DNA of 64,000 nucleotides from Patescibacteria group bacterium (GCA_041649475.1 JBAZNA010000001.1:197022-261021), one strand, 5' to 3'; counted from the stretch's first letter, positions 45,292 through 55,838 are shown. Made by a program: numbers and translations. Notes: a model not told the origin generated them from the sequence alone.

Positions 45292-46188
45292 ATGGACCGA
45301 ACCCTGCCAAAATTAATCGTCATCCTCGGTCCCACCGGCTCCGGGAAAACGGATCTGGGGATTGCGGTTGCCAAAAAGTATAATGGCGAAATTATTTCGG
45401 CTGATTCAAGACAGATTTACAAACAAATGAACATCGGCACGGCCAAGCCCAAGGGGGAGTGGCAGGACGGCGCTTATACTGTAAACGGCGTTCCGCACTA
45501 TCTAATGGATATAATCAATCCGGATGAAAATTTCACGGTGGCGGATTTTAAAGAGCAGGCCACTTTCCATATCAATGACATTTTAAAACGTAAAAAATTA
45601 CCTATTATTGTCGGCGGCACCGGATTGTATATTCAATCAATTGTAGATAATTTGGATATTCCTAAAGTGGCGCCCAGCACCGAGCTAAGATCAGAATTAG
45701 AAAAGAAAACCCAGCCGGAACTTATAGAAATATTAAAACAACTTGATCCGGAATCTGCCGAAAAAATAGATTTAAAAAATCCGCGCCGGGTTTTGCGGGC
45801 GCTGGAAGTGGCAATGATAACCGGTGAATCATTTTTTAATCAAAGAAAGAAGCAAGTGCCACTTTATGACGCCAAAGAATTTGGTATCAACATTTCCAAA
45901 GAGGAATTATATAGACGACTGGACGCCAGAGTGGACCAACAAATCAAAGACGGGCTGGTTGAAGAAGTAAAAAATTTATCTCAAAAATACAGTTGGGATT
46001 TGCCCAGCATGAGCGGAATTGGTTATAAACAGATCGGCTGCTTCCTGCGTGGCGAAATGACTTTGGAACAGGCAATTGAAGTTTTAAAGAGAGATACCAG
46101 AAGATATGCCAAGCGCCAAATGACCTGGTTTAAAAAGGATCAGAGAATAAATTGGATTACTGATTTAGAAGAATTTCATCTCCCATGA
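45292..46188 (+). CDS. miaA: tRNA dimethylallyltransferase MiaA
   Basis: P-loop GPTGSGKT and the conserved SADSRQIYK motif, 298 aa. Confidence 0.9.
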   Translation: MDRTLPKLIVILGPTGSGKTDLGIAVAKKYNGEIISADSRQIYKQMNIGTAKPKGEWQDGAYTVNGVPHYLMDIINPDENFTVADFKEQATFHINDILKRKKLPIIVGGTGLYIQSIVDNLDIPKVAPSTELRSELEKKTQPELIEILKQLDPESAEKIDLKNPRRVLRALEVAMITGESFFNQRKKQVPLYDAKEFGINISKEELYRRLDARVDQQIKDGLVEEVKNLSQKYSWDLPSMSGIGYKQIGCFLRGEMTLEQAIEVLKRDTRRYAKRQMTWFKKDQRINWITDLEEFHLP

Positions 46189-47971
46189 AATCAAGACGCT
46201 GACCTGTCACAGTGTCATCGGCCTGAACATGAACCTTGGAAACAAGCGTATTTTGGGTAGGATTGAGTTTGCTTAAGATCAAGGTAAATGGCATAGCCAG
46301 GGTATCGGCGTTTTCCGGCATTTCCGGAATCGTCCAGGTAATTTTTTTAGCCGCGCTGTCAAAATTGAAAGTTCCGGCCGGAGCGGATGGCTGACCTTGC
46401 AAACTAACATCGCCGTAAACATCAGCCGTTAAAGTCACATTCTTCAAAGCATGAAAGTGGTTGGTCAGCACCCAGTTGATTTGATGGGTTTTGTTGTCGC
46501 CGGAAGCGCTGTCGCGCGGATCAAATTTTAAATCGGAATTTAAAGTGATCACAATCAGATTGCTGGAAATGGTGTGGCTGGCGCCGGTGGAATCAGTATA
46601 AGAGACCTCGGCGGCGGCATTTATTTGAAAGGCGGATAAATTGGAAAGATCAAAATTTTCTGAAGTTTTTATCGGAATCTTTGTATCAATGGTAATTTCA
46701 TCTCCTTTGTTAACCGCTCCCAAACCGGCAATCTGTGTTTTGCTAAAGGTCATCTCTCCGCGTCTTATAGTGTCGCTGATTTGTACGCCTTTGATGTCCG
46801 CGTTATATTTATCAACTTCCTGCGACCAATCCAAAACACTCTGCCGGTTTAAAGATGGCGCGTCCAAATTCAATTTAACAATCGCGTTTTTTAGATTACT
46901 GTTGCTGGTGTTTTTAAGATCAATCGTGATGTTAAGCATGTCCCCGGGCTGGGCATTGAAGTTAGCCATTGTTCCGTTCATGGTTAAACTGAATCCCAAA
47001 TCACTTTGCAAAAGTTCTGTGTTAAAGTCGGTTTTGGCCAATTGGAAAACTTTATCATTGGCCGAAGAACTCAAGATACCCGAAATTGTGTTCGCGGACG
47101 AAGAGCTGGAGAATTTGCCGAATAATTTAAAAGTGTAACCGGTGTTGGCTGTGGTTGAAGGGCCTGCGGCCAAATCAATTGACCATTTTTTATTTTTGTT
47201 TAAAACCGGTGTGGCTGAAGCGATGTGAAAATTAGCAGGCACTGAAGGAATTAAATCTAGTTTGCTGACTCGGGACGGGTTTTCTTGCTTGACGGTAAAG
47301 TCATACTCAACCAGATTGCCGATGGCCGCTTTGTCCGGGCCGGCTATAGTCAGAGAGAACGGAGAATTGGTGGTTTTAACTTCTAAAATCGCGGTTTTCT
47401 GAAATTCAGAATTAAAATTTTCCGGTTGATAGGTTAAGAAAGCCCGCCAGGATTGGCTCTGGTCGGTTGAGCCATAAGTGATGCCGGTGATGGTGATGGT
47501 TCCAACTTGGAAAGGGGACAGCTTGCCCAGATCCCATTGGGTATGGCCGGTGTTTTGCGCGTCCGGATTGCTGGAAATGAAGATAAAACCAGCCGGATAT
47601 TCAACATTTAAGACCGCGCTTTCAAGCGACAAGTTTTGGTTGTTTTTATAATCAATTTGGTAGGTGGTGGTTACTCCGGCCATGATGTTATCTGGACCGT
47701 TTACACTAAGATTGACTTTGTCGGCGGAGAATTTTCCGTTTCCGGGCATTAGGAAAAAGCCGATCCAGGCAATGGCGGCGAGTACCGCGCAAAAAATAAT
47801 AAAAATAACCAGAGTTTTTAAAAAAGAACGGCCTTTTTTAATTTTAATTTTTTTCATATCAGGCAAATTACCATGGTCATCTTCATAAATTGAAACCAGT
47901 TGTTTTTCAATCTGTGAGTTTTTAACACTGGCTAATTTTTTTGTCGTCATCCTTTTGCGCGGCGTAGGCAT
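46157..47971 (-). CDS. hypothetical single-pass membrane protein with a large extracytoplasmic beta-rich domain
   Basis: 604 aa with a Lys-rich cytoplasmic N-terminus and one transmembrane helix. It overlaps the miaA 3' end by 32 nt. Confidence 0.5.
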   Translation of the reverse strand: MPTPRKRMTTKKLASVKNSQIEKQLVSIYEDDHGNLPDMKKIKIKKGRSFLKTLVIFIIFCAVLAAIAWIGFFLMPGNGKFSADKVNLSVNGPDNIMAGVTTTYQIDYKNNQNLSLESAVLNVEYPAGFIFISSNPDAQNTGHTQWDLGKLSPFQVGTITITGITYGSTDQSQSWRAFLTYQPENFNSEFQKTAILEVKTTNSPFSLTIAGPDKAAIGNLVEYDFTVKQENPSRVSKLDLIPSVPANFHIASATPVLNKNKKWSIDLAAGPSTTANTGYTFKLFGKFSSSSSANTISGILSSSANDKVFQLAKTDFNTELLQSDLGFSLTMNGTMANFNAQPGDMLNITIDLKNTSNSNLKNAIVKLNLDAPSLNRQSVLDWSQEVDKYNADIKGVQISDTIRRGEMTFSKTQIAGLGAVNKGDEITIDTKIPIKTSENFDLSNLSAFQINAAAEVSYTDSTGASHTISSNLIVITLNSDLKFDPRDSASGDNKTHQINWVLTNHFHALKNVTLTADVYGDVSLQGQPSAPAGTFNFDSAAKKITWTIPEMPENADTLAMPFTLILSKLNPTQNTLVSKVHVQADDTVTGQRLDFMGDEILLNQ

Positions 47972-47979
47972 ATAGGTAA

Positions 47980-50382
47980 TTAATTTATTTTATTATCTTG
48001 ATTTAAAATCATGCTCCAAATCATGTCTTGATTTAGAAGCTGATTGTTGATTGTGGCTCCGTTGGAAGCGAGGGTTATGTTGGTTCCATCTTTCCAAACC
48101 GGATGCCAGAGGTCGGGGTAGATTATTTGATTGTCAAAGTTGCTGTCAATGCCGGATTGATTCTGGACTACCAGCTGGTATTTTGAACTCGGCACTGAAG
48201 ATTGGAAAATCCCGGCCCATTTGTTTGCCGGTTTATTTTGTTCCAGGTTAAATGCTTTAAACGGCAATTTGTAAACAAACTGCACTTCACTGGTTTGGCC
48301 CGGCAGAGTGGCAATCCAATTTCCAAAAGCGGTTTTACTGAATTCATTGGTTACCCTGGTGCCTGAAACCGGGTCAATGTTGATTTCTTTTTCAAATTCA
48401 TTAAGCATTTTATCCTCTGTAGTCCACTTATCGGGAACTTTTAAGTGCTGTTCATCGGGCCAGGAAAAGCCGCTGGCGCTAACGAGTTCACTGCCTTGCG
48501 GAACATAGACCCTGATATAATCAATATTCGTCTGACCGTATAATTGTTCTCCGGATACTCCGGTGTGTTCTCTTTTTACCACCACGCTGTCTAAAATTGT
48601 TCCGTCCGGCTGAACCACTGCCTGGTGGCTGATTGTCTGTTTAATTTTAGCATCGCTTTTTTGACCCTGGATGTTGGTATTTACCACCATCAGGTAATCT
48701 TGTCCGGCCGAGGTCTTGAGTATCTTTCCGCCCCAGCCGAAATTATTTATTGTCTCTTCGGTGTTGTTGTTGGTGAAATAGGCCTGGACCTCTTTTTGTT
48801 GTAAGGCCTCATGCAAATTTGTGAGAATCGGCAGAATATCCTGCGGTTTTATGTTTTTTAAATAATCCACAAACATCGGCGCCAGATCCGATAAAATTTG
48901 TTTTGGTTTGTTGTTGGCTTTGTCTGGTCCGTATTCAACGATATTTTGAATGGCCGGCAGGGCATTAGCCGCGGTTAAAGTGAGGTTGTATTTTTGGGCG
49001 GTAACCGGCCCGATAATAGAAAGAATGCGGTTTAAAACTGTGGCATTAATGGCAATGACGCCATCGGCCGTGATGTTGCGGCTGTGTCTGTAAAACCAGA
49101 GCATGTTTTGCGCGCTGGCAGGAAAATCCGGGAACCAATTTGAATCCTGAAATTCCCAGCGCTTATTGATAAATAACAGGGGGGTGGGCGGTTCTACCGA
49201 TTCAGAAAGCTGGCCTTGCAAATCATAAGATCCGCCGGCCGGAACATCCATGTTCGTAATTTTACCATCCACCACGTCCAGCAAAGCGAAACTGCCGGCA
49301 AAGCCCCCGGTCGCCCTTAGTTCTGCCGGATTTTGGAAAACCAGCAAATATCTGCGTAAACCCTTGCCGCCGAAAATTTCCTGCAAGGATTGATTTAAAT
49401 TTGATAAATTTTCCAGATCGCCGGAGAAAGCCGTGAAAATGGTTTTTAATTGGTTGAAAGAATTTTGATACTCAAAAGGCAGAACCTTCGGGTCAACCTG
49501 ACCTAAATTTTTTAGGGCCTCATTGTAGGTGGGAATGGCATACTGCAGATATGCGTTTAAGATGTTCATGCTCTCGGTGAGGGTGGAACTGGGAGAGTTT
49601 TTAATTTCCGCCAATCCTTTGACCATATAAGTGTTGCCGAGAGCAATACTTTGTCCGGCCAGAATTAGTTTTTGTCGGCTTTGAATTTCATTACCAATTA
49701 TTGGTAAAGTTGAAGCGATAGTTTGCACAAGCTGGTGGTTGCTGTTTAGAGTCGCAAGCGCGGCATCAAAGTTTTTCAAAGCATCGCCCAGTGATTTTTG
49801 GGCGTCATCAAGATTGCCGGCCATAATATCGGTGGTGGAATCCTGCAAGGCGATAAAACCTTGGGTGCTGTTTCCAGCCACTTTGTTTACGGTTGATTGC
49901 AGGTCGGTGTAATAGGACTGCGCGCTTGAGGGGAGAATGAATACCAGAGCAATAAGCGTGGCCAAGGCCACGGCGCGGCGGAGGGTGACGTGTTTAAAAT
50001 AATTCTTTTTGATTTTTGGTTTGTGAATTTTAGGAATTTTGGGGGAAAATGAAGGAATCTTAATTGGGGCCTGGTTTTTTATTTTAGGGGCTTCTTCCGG
50101 TTTATGGTGAAAATAATATTCCTGATTTGTGAGTTCTTCTTCCGGAGCGGCAGTGTCAACATTTTTCCAAATGTCATGATGCTGTTCTTTTAAATTGACA
50201 ACATGCGGTGAATCAGGGGAGTTGTAATTGACATGGTGGACAAAAAATTTAAACGGCTGGTTATCCCGTTTTTTTTCCTGGAGTTGTTCCGGACAGGTGG
50301 ATTTGTTGTGCCCAACTCTTTGGCAAATTGCACAGCGCCTAAGCTGGGGTTTTTTGGTTGTTTTTGGCATTTTTTCAAGCAC
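47980..50382 (-). CDS. DUF4012-like membrane protein with an N-terminal CCHC zinc-knuckle motif
   Basis: N-terminus CAICQRVGHNKSTC (C-x2-C-x4-H-x4-C), one transmembrane helix, and a DUF4012-type signature ELRATGGFAGSFALLDV. Confidence 0.55.
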   Translation of the reverse strand: MLEKMPKTTKKPQLRRCAICQRVGHNKSTCPEQLQEKKRDNQPFKFFVHHVNYNSPDSPHVVNLKEQHHDIWKNVDTAAPEEELTNQEYYFHHKPEEAPKIKNQAPIKIPSFSPKIPKIHKPKIKKNYFKHVTLRRAVALATLIALVFILPSSAQSYYTDLQSTVNKVAGNSTQGFIALQDSTTDIMAGNLDDAQKSLGDALKNFDAALATLNSNHQLVQTIASTLPIIGNEIQSRQKLILAGQSIALGNTYMVKGLAEIKNSPSSTLTESMNILNAYLQYAIPTYNEALKNLGQVDPKVLPFEYQNSFNQLKTIFTAFSGDLENLSNLNQSLQEIFGGKGLRRYLLVFQNPAELRATGGFAGSFALLDVVDGKITNMDVPAGGSYDLQGQLSESVEPPTPLLFINKRWEFQDSNWFPDFPASAQNMLWFYRHSRNITADGVIAINATVLNRILSIIGPVTAQKYNLTLTAANALPAIQNIVEYGPDKANNKPKQILSDLAPMFVDYLKNIKPQDILPILTNLHEALQQKEVQAYFTNNNTEETINNFGWGGKILKTSAGQDYLMVVNTNIQGQKSDAKIKQTISHQAVVQPDGTILDSVVVKREHTGVSGEQLYGQTNIDYIRVYVPQGSELVSASGFSWPDEQHLKVPDKWTTEDKMLNEFEKEINIDPVSGTRVTNEFSKTAFGNWIATLPGQTSEVQFVYKLPFKAFNLEQNKPANKWAGIFQSSVPSSKYQLVVQNQSGIDSNFDNQIIYPDLWHPVWKDGTNITLASNGATINNQLLNQDMIWSMILNQDNKIN

Positions 50383-50447
50383 TAAAAATTGCCGATAAAT
50401 ATTATGGTATTATACACCATTTTTACGTTCGGCGCACCCGGCAACTG

Positions 50448-51572
50448 TTAATAAGTTTTGTAGATTTGAAGCGTTCTTTTGGCGGTTTCCAGCCAGGAGT
50501 ATTTTTTGAGGATTTGTTGCGATTGTTGGATCAGATTAAGGCGCAAATTTTGGTTAGTAAAGCCGTTATAAAGGGCTTGAGTAATTTCTTCGGGGTTTTT
50601 GGGATCAAAATATAGCGCGGCGCTGCCGAGAATTTCCGGTAAGCAGGCGCTGTTTGCGGAAATTACCGGCACATGGTGGGTCATAGCTTCCAGTGGCGGC
50701 AGGCCAAACCCTTCATACAAGCTTGGGAACACATATAACATGGCTCCGGAGTAGATAGTGTTGAGTTCATCGTCATTTAGATAGTCAGTGAAGATTATAT
50801 TCTTGCATTGTTTAAATTTTTTGCTGTTAATCAAGCGATCATAAAAATAATTTTTCTTGCCAACCAAAATCAGCTGAAAATTGTCGCCGTATTTTTTTTC
50901 AAAATCATGCCAGGCGTCAACCAAGCCCTCCAGATTTTTGTGCGGATAGGCCACGCCGACATATAAGGCGTAGGGTTTGTTAATGTTGAATTTTTTAAAC
51001 AGTTCTTTGTGTGAGATATTATTTTGTTTTTGTTCCTGGGGCTGGGGGGACAGAAGGGTCACGAATATTTTTTGGAGCGGGATTTTAAGGGTTTTATGAA
51101 TGTCTTGTTTGGTAAATTCGGAAGGGGTAATTATTTTTTTGGCTTTTTTTGATATTTTTTTTATTAAAATTTTATGGGCCTGATGTTTAAGCCAATAAAC
51201 AATCACACTTCGCGTGCTGGCGCGGCGCGTCGGATAATGAAAAAGAATTAAATCGTGAATGGTTACCATAAACGGCCCGTTGTAAAAATAGGGGACATTC
51301 CAATGCGGAAAATGCATCAGATCAACTTTTTGCTGTTTTATTATTTTAGGTATCTTCGTTTGTTCGGCCAATCCGTACCAATAAACATCGGCTAAAACTT
51401 TTTTAAAGTTTGAATTGGCGGGCTGAAACTCTTCAAAATTTTCTTTGCGCAAAAAAATAATATATTCATTGGCTGAATCAATTTTTTCCAGATTTTTAAT
51501 CAATTGTTCAATGTATCGTCCCAAGCCGCCTTGTTTTGGGCCATACATTCTGGCGTCTATGCCGATGCGCAT
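50448..51572 (-). CDS. glycosyltransferase family 4
   Basis: GT4 C-terminal motif EGFGLPPLEAM. Confidence 0.75.
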   Translation of the reverse strand: MRIGIDARMYGPKQGGLGRYIEQLIKNLEKIDSANEYIIFLRKENFEEFQPANSNFKKVLADVYWYGLAEQTKIPKIIKQQKVDLMHFPHWNVPYFYNGPFMVTIHDLILFHYPTRRASTRSVIVYWLKHQAHKILIKKISKKAKKIITPSEFTKQDIHKTLKIPLQKIFVTLLSPQPQEQKQNNISHKELFKKFNINKPYALYVGVAYPHKNLEGLVDAWHDFEKKYGDNFQLILVGKKNYFYDRLINSKKFKQCKNIIFTDYLNDDELNTIYSGAMLYVFPSLYEGFGLPPLEAMTHHVPVISANSACLPEILGSAALYFDPKNPEEITQALYNGFTNQNLRLNLIQQSQQILKKYSWLETAKRTLQIYKTY

Positions 51573-51574
51573 AA

Positions 51575-52720
51575 TTATAAGTTAGTCACTATATTTAACC
51601 AGTTTTTGGCTGTAATTGTCCAGTTGAACTTGGTTGCCTGGGTCAGGCCTTTATTTTTAAAATACATTTTTAGATCGGTGCTGTTTAAGATTTTAATCAT
51701 GGCTTCGGCAAGAGAGCTGGTATCGGTTGGGTTGGTTAGCAGAGCTGCACCCTCGGTGATTTCCGGCAGTGAAGATCGGTTTGAGGTAATAACCGGCGTG
51801 CCCTCGGCCATAGCTTCTATTACCGGAAAGCCAAAACCTTCATAAAAACTGGGAAAGACAAATAATTCCGCCGCTTTATAAAGGGCGGGTTTGTCGGCCG
51901 AGTCAACGTAATCAATAAATTTTATCTGATCTTTAATTGGCGATGATTTTATTCTTTGAAAAATATGTTTATAGCGCCAACCCCTGGCGCCGGCAATCAC
52001 TAAAGAGCAGGGGAAAGCCAATTTTGGGAAAGCTTTCTCATAGGCCTCAATCAAGCCGATAATGTTTTTACGCGGTTCAAGAGTGCCTAAAAATAGGATA
52101 AATTTTTCCGGGAGATTATATTTTTGTTGGATATTTTGCGTGCCATTTGTGGAGGTATTAAAATTAGAATCCAAGCCCGGATATAAAGTTTTAATCTTTT
52201 CTCCGGCTATGGCGTATTTTTCCACTATGTCTTTTTTGGTATTTTCCGATGGCGTCAGAATTACATTTGCTTGTTCGCATTGTTTTTTAGCGTTGACTAT
52301 TTTATGCCAGAGGCGTTGTTTTAAAGAATAAAAATCAGGAAAAAATTCAAAAGACAAGTCGTGAATGGTAAGAATTATTTTTGTTTTATTGGCGAGCGAG
52401 GTGAAGTTAATGTTGGGCGAATAAAAAATATCAATGTTTTGCCTGGAAATCTTGGTTATCAGTTTATCCAGTCGCGGCCGTTTAAATACTTGTAAAGAAA
52501 AGTTAAATAATTTATTGGGCCATCTGGTGGTCACAAAATGCACGTTGTTTTGCTCCCACTTCGGGATAAATTTTGAAACATCAGCATGCGAATTATAAAA
52601 AAGAAAATATTGATTATTTTTATCAATTTCAAAAATAGCGTTGAGGAGTCCGTAGGTATACTCGCCAACGCCGGTGCGAACTAGTGACATTAACGGGCGG
52701 ATGTCTATGCCGATATTCAT
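51575..52720 (-). CDS. glycosyltransferase family 4
   Basis: GT4 motif EGFGFPVIEAMAEGTPVI. Confidence 0.75.
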   Translation of the reverse strand: MNIGIDIRPLMSLVRTGVGEYTYGLLNAIFEIDKNNQYFLFYNSHADVSKFIPKWEQNNVHFVTTRWPNKLFNFSLQVFKRPRLDKLITKISRQNIDIFYSPNINFTSLANKTKIILTIHDLSFEFFPDFYSLKQRLWHKIVNAKKQCEQANVILTPSENTKKDIVEKYAIAGEKIKTLYPGLDSNFNTSTNGTQNIQQKYNLPEKFILFLGTLEPRKNIIGLIEAYEKAFPKLAFPCSLVIAGARGWRYKHIFQRIKSSPIKDQIKFIDYVDSADKPALYKAAELFVFPSFYEGFGFPVIEAMAEGTPVITSNRSSLPEITEGAALLTNPTDTSSLAEAMIKILNSTDLKMYFKNKGLTQATKFNWTITAKNWLNIVTNL

Positions 52721-52785
52721 AAGCGAAATGAGTGAGAGAAATGAAATTATTTATAATTTCATTTCCGAACGAATGAGCTTATATC

Positions 52786-53130
52786 TTAATATAACTTTTT
52801 GTAACTTTCAAAATGTATCTTATCGTCTGTAAAAATTTCTATAACTTTATACTTTCCCTTAGTATAGCTTTCATTATCTTGTTTAAAATGTGTTGCCTCA
52901 ATTATGATTATGCCGGCCTTTGGTTTGGAGAGGTTTTCATTACCGGTTGTTTCAAGGAGCGGCAGTTCGCCATCCAGCCAATACAAACGTTGTCCCTTTT
53001 TTAAAAATGGATAGATCTCTCCGGTAATCAATTTTTCCGGAATGCACTCTTCAATTTTACGATTTCCAGCACGATATTCAGAAATATTTCGCAGGGCCAG
53101 ATCAGGATTAAATTCAAATTTAATACCCAT
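52786..53130 (-). CDS. hypothetical protein in glycan locus
   Basis: 114 aa with no motif recognised. Confidence 0.4.
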   Translation of the reverse strand: MGIKFEFNPDLALRNISEYRAGNRKIEECIPEKLITGEIYPFLKKGQRLYWLDGELPLLETTGNENLSKPKAGIIIIEATHFKQDNESYTKGKYKVIEIFTDDKIHFESYKKLY

Positions 53131-53134
53131 ATAA

Positions 53135-54256
53135 TTATTTTATTAAAACTTCCTGGTTCATGCCTTTTTTAAATTCCTCATGTCTGTCATTAATCTTTTT
53201 TTTGAAATTATTTTTAAAATTATTTACGTCAAATTTCAGAGCATGTTCGCGGATTTTGGCGCTGTCCCAATTTTCAAAATTAAAATTTAATAGGGCATCT
53301 AAAAGCGATTCCCAGCTTTGGCTGTGGAAAAATTTACCGGTTTCATTGGAGATAACCGTTTCCGTGGCTCCGCCTTGGCAGTAGGCGATTACCGGTCGGC
53401 CGCTGGCCATTGATTCAATGGCAGTGATGCCAAAATCCTCCAGTTGAGGATGAATATATGCTTTGGCACGGCTAAGCAGATCGGCTTTGGCCGTTTCCGA
53501 GATTTGTTCCAAAAATTCAATATTCGGTTTGGCTATTTTTTTTAAGGTTGATAATTCCGGACCGGTGCCAAAAATTTTAAGCGGCCAGCGCAGACGATTA
53601 AAAGCTTTAACAATTAAATCCGTGCGTTTATAAGGCACAAGTCGTCCGCCGGCTACAAAATAATCGCCGATGTTGGGTTGAATTTTGAAGTTTTGGGTGT
53701 CAACCGGCGGATAAATAACTTCGCTTTCGCGGCGGTAGTATTTATGGATTCTTTGTTGGACTGTTTTTGAGTTGGCTATAAAATAATCAACTCGGTCAAC
53801 ACTCATTTTATCCCAGATGCGCAAGTTATGGACCATGCCCGGTAAGAACAGTTTTATTAATCCATTTTGCCGCAGGTCGGAAATATATTCGCGATGATCG
53901 GCCCATAAAAATCTGGGCGGAGTGTGGCAGTATGAAATATGGAGAGTGCCGGGCGGGGTAATTACGCCTTTGGCAAACACGCTTGAGGTTGAAATAACCA
54001 CATCAAATCCATTCAGGTCTTGGCTTTCCGTGGCCACCGGCATCCAGGGTAAGTACCATTGGTAGCTGGTTCGGCCAAAAGGCAAACGGGCCAAAAAGGT
54101 CTCTTTGATATTTTTATCAGGAAAAGAAGTGATTTTTTTCTTGTTATGAAATAAAACAAAAATCGGCGCTTCCGGCCAGATTTCATGCATGGCTTTTAGC
54201 ACTCTTTCGGCCCCTCCATCTTGTGCCAGATAATCGTGAACAAGCGCGATTTTCAT
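53135..54256 (-). CDS. glycosyltransferase family 4
   Basis: N-terminal MKIALVHDYL...GGAERV and a C-terminal GT4 fold. Confidence 0.75.
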   Translation of the reverse strand: MKIALVHDYLAQDGGAERVLKAMHEIWPEAPIFVLFHNKKKITSFPDKNIKETFLARLPFGRTSYQWYLPWMPVATESQDLNGFDVVISTSSVFAKGVITPPGTLHISYCHTPPRFLWADHREYISDLRQNGLIKLFLPGMVHNLRIWDKMSVDRVDYFIANSKTVQQRIHKYYRRESEVIYPPVDTQNFKIQPNIGDYFVAGGRLVPYKRTDLIVKAFNRLRWPLKIFGTGPELSTLKKIAKPNIEFLEQISETAKADLLSRAKAYIHPQLEDFGITAIESMASGRPVIAYCQGGATETVISNETGKFFHSQSWESLLDALLNFNFENWDSAKIREHALKFDVNNFKNNFKKKINDRHEEFKKGMNQEVLIK

Positions 54257-54261
54257 ATTTT

Positions 54262-55680
54262 TTATAGGGAGCCGGTTTTTCTGATGACAACAAAAGGTGT
54301 TTTAATTAGAATTATGAGATCTAAAAATAAACTCCAGTTTTCTATATAAAATGTGTCCAGCTTTATTTCTTCTTCATAGCTTAAATTGCTGCGTCCGGAA
54401 ATTTGCGCCAAGCCGGTGATACCGGGTTTGATTTCTAAAACTATTTTATGCTTTCTTTCGTAATTTTCAACCTCCCGGGGCTGGTGCGGACGCGGGCCGA
54501 CCAAACTCATTTCACCTTTGAACACATTAAAGAATTGTGGCAATTCGTCTATGCTCCAGCGGCGGATAAACCGGCCAAACGGAGTGACACGCGGGTCATT
54601 TTTGATTTTGTAAATCGGACCGTTTTTTATGCTTTGTTTTTTGATCAGTTCCTGTTCTTTGGCCAAAGCCACGGTGGAAGCTTTTTTGCCAAACTGAATG
54701 CCGTTTGAATCTTTTTGATACATTGATCGAAATTTTAGCGTGAAGAATTTTTTATCGGCTTTGCCGACTCTTTCATTTTTGTAAATCACCGGCCGGCCGG
54801 TTTCAATTAAAATTATTAAAGAGATAATTAAATAAATTGGAGAGAGGATAATTATAAAAAATATACTGCCGATAATATCTATTAGTCGTTTGAAAATTCT
54901 GCCCCAACCCGTCAGCCGCGTTAAGCGCAGTTCAATAATCGGAATGCCGGTGATGGTGGAAACGGCCATGTTGGTGGAAATGGTTGAAAACAAATCAGCT
55001 GAATATTTGAAAGCGATGTGATGTTCGTTGGCAAAATCAATTGCTTCCAACGCCTCTTTTTCATTAGCTTTCGGATCCGTAAAAATTATTTCGTCCGGTT
55101 TTAGTTTTAAAATTGTTGGTTCGCTGGCGACATCAAAACCATCGTAGGTGGCCACCACTTTATAGCCAAATGACTTGTTGAGTAGTGATTGCTTGATTTC
55201 CTGGCCGATAATTTCTTTGCCGATAATAATTGTGCGGCGTAGTCCTACGCCGGCTTTGTGTAGCCAGATTTTTAAACCGGCGGTGAGGATGCGCCCCAGT
55301 GACACAAAGATAATGGCTAAAATCCAACCGACCAAAACCAAAAATCTGGAATCAAATTTTTGCAAGGTGAAAAAAACATAAATGGTGATGCCGGCAAAAC
55401 CGGTGGCGGTGGCCATGACCACTCGGGTGAGATCGCGGGCGAGCTTGCGGTTGGGGTTGGTGCTATATAACCCGGATAAAGCAAAAATAATAATCCAGGC
55501 CGCGGCTGTAAGCAAGACCAATGGCCAGTATCTTTGCCAGGAAAGATTAAACAAAACCGGCCGGATGGCTTTGGCAAAATCAGCAAAGCGAAGCGTGTAG
55601 GCAGTAAAGCCGGCCAGTATCAGCAGGGCAAAGTCAAGAGGAAGTTGGAGTAAGGTAAAAAAGAGTTCAAATTTTTTCAT
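54262..55680 (-). CDS. polyprenyl-phosphate glycosyl-1-phosphate transferase (bacterial sugar transferase, WbaP/CpsE-like)
   Basis: True start placed at MKKFELFF (55680). It has N-terminal transmembrane helices and a C-terminal sugar-transferase domain (PQFFNVFKGEMSLVGPRP). The ORF-track extension to 56025 runs into cassette G and is rejected. Confidence 0.8.
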   Translation of the reverse strand: MKKFELFFTLLQLPLDFALLILAGFTAYTLRFADFAKAIRPVLFNLSWQRYWPLVLLTAAAWIIIFALSGLYSTNPNRKLARDLTRVVMATATGFAGITIYVFFTLQKFDSRFLVLVGWILAIIFVSLGRILTAGLKIWLHKAGVGLRRTIIIGKEIIGQEIKQSLLNKSFGYKVVATYDGFDVASEPTILKLKPDEIIFTDPKANEKEALEAIDFANEHHIAFKYSADLFSTISTNMAVSTITGIPIIELRLTRLTGWGRIFKRLIDIIGSIFFIIILSPIYLIISLIILIETGRPVIYKNERVGKADKKFFTLKFRSMYQKDSNGIQFGKKASTVALAKEQELIKKQSIKNGPIYKIKNDPRVTPFGRFIRRWSIDELPQFFNVFKGEMSLVGPRPHQPREVENYERKHKIVLEIKPGITGLAQISGRSNLSYEEEIKLDTFYIENWSLFLDLIILIKTPFVVIRKTGSL

Positions 55681-55734
55681 AGTTGTGGGCGCGGTGCGCT
55701 TAGGTTGAGTATATTTTACGCCAACTGCCCAACA

Positions 55735-55763
55735 TTGACAAGAGAGCTGTTTTAGTGTTAATT
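55735..55763 (+). promoter_or_regulatory. sigma70-like promoter TTGACA -17- TTAATT for cassette G
   Basis: ttgaca agagagctgttttagtg ttaatt, followed by a leader of about 70 nt and an AAGGAG ribosome-binding site 7 nt before the ATG. Confidence 0.45.
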
Positions 55764-55838
55764 TAACGTGCTGTGGCGAAACCATTCTGGCCAAGCCCGA
55801 CAGCGTCTGTAAACACGGTCGTATAAAGGAGACAAAAC

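Noticed and set aside
46641-47138. 165-aa + strand ORF inside the 46157-47971 minus-strand gene
   Set aside because: Frame shadow within a longer coherent ORF.
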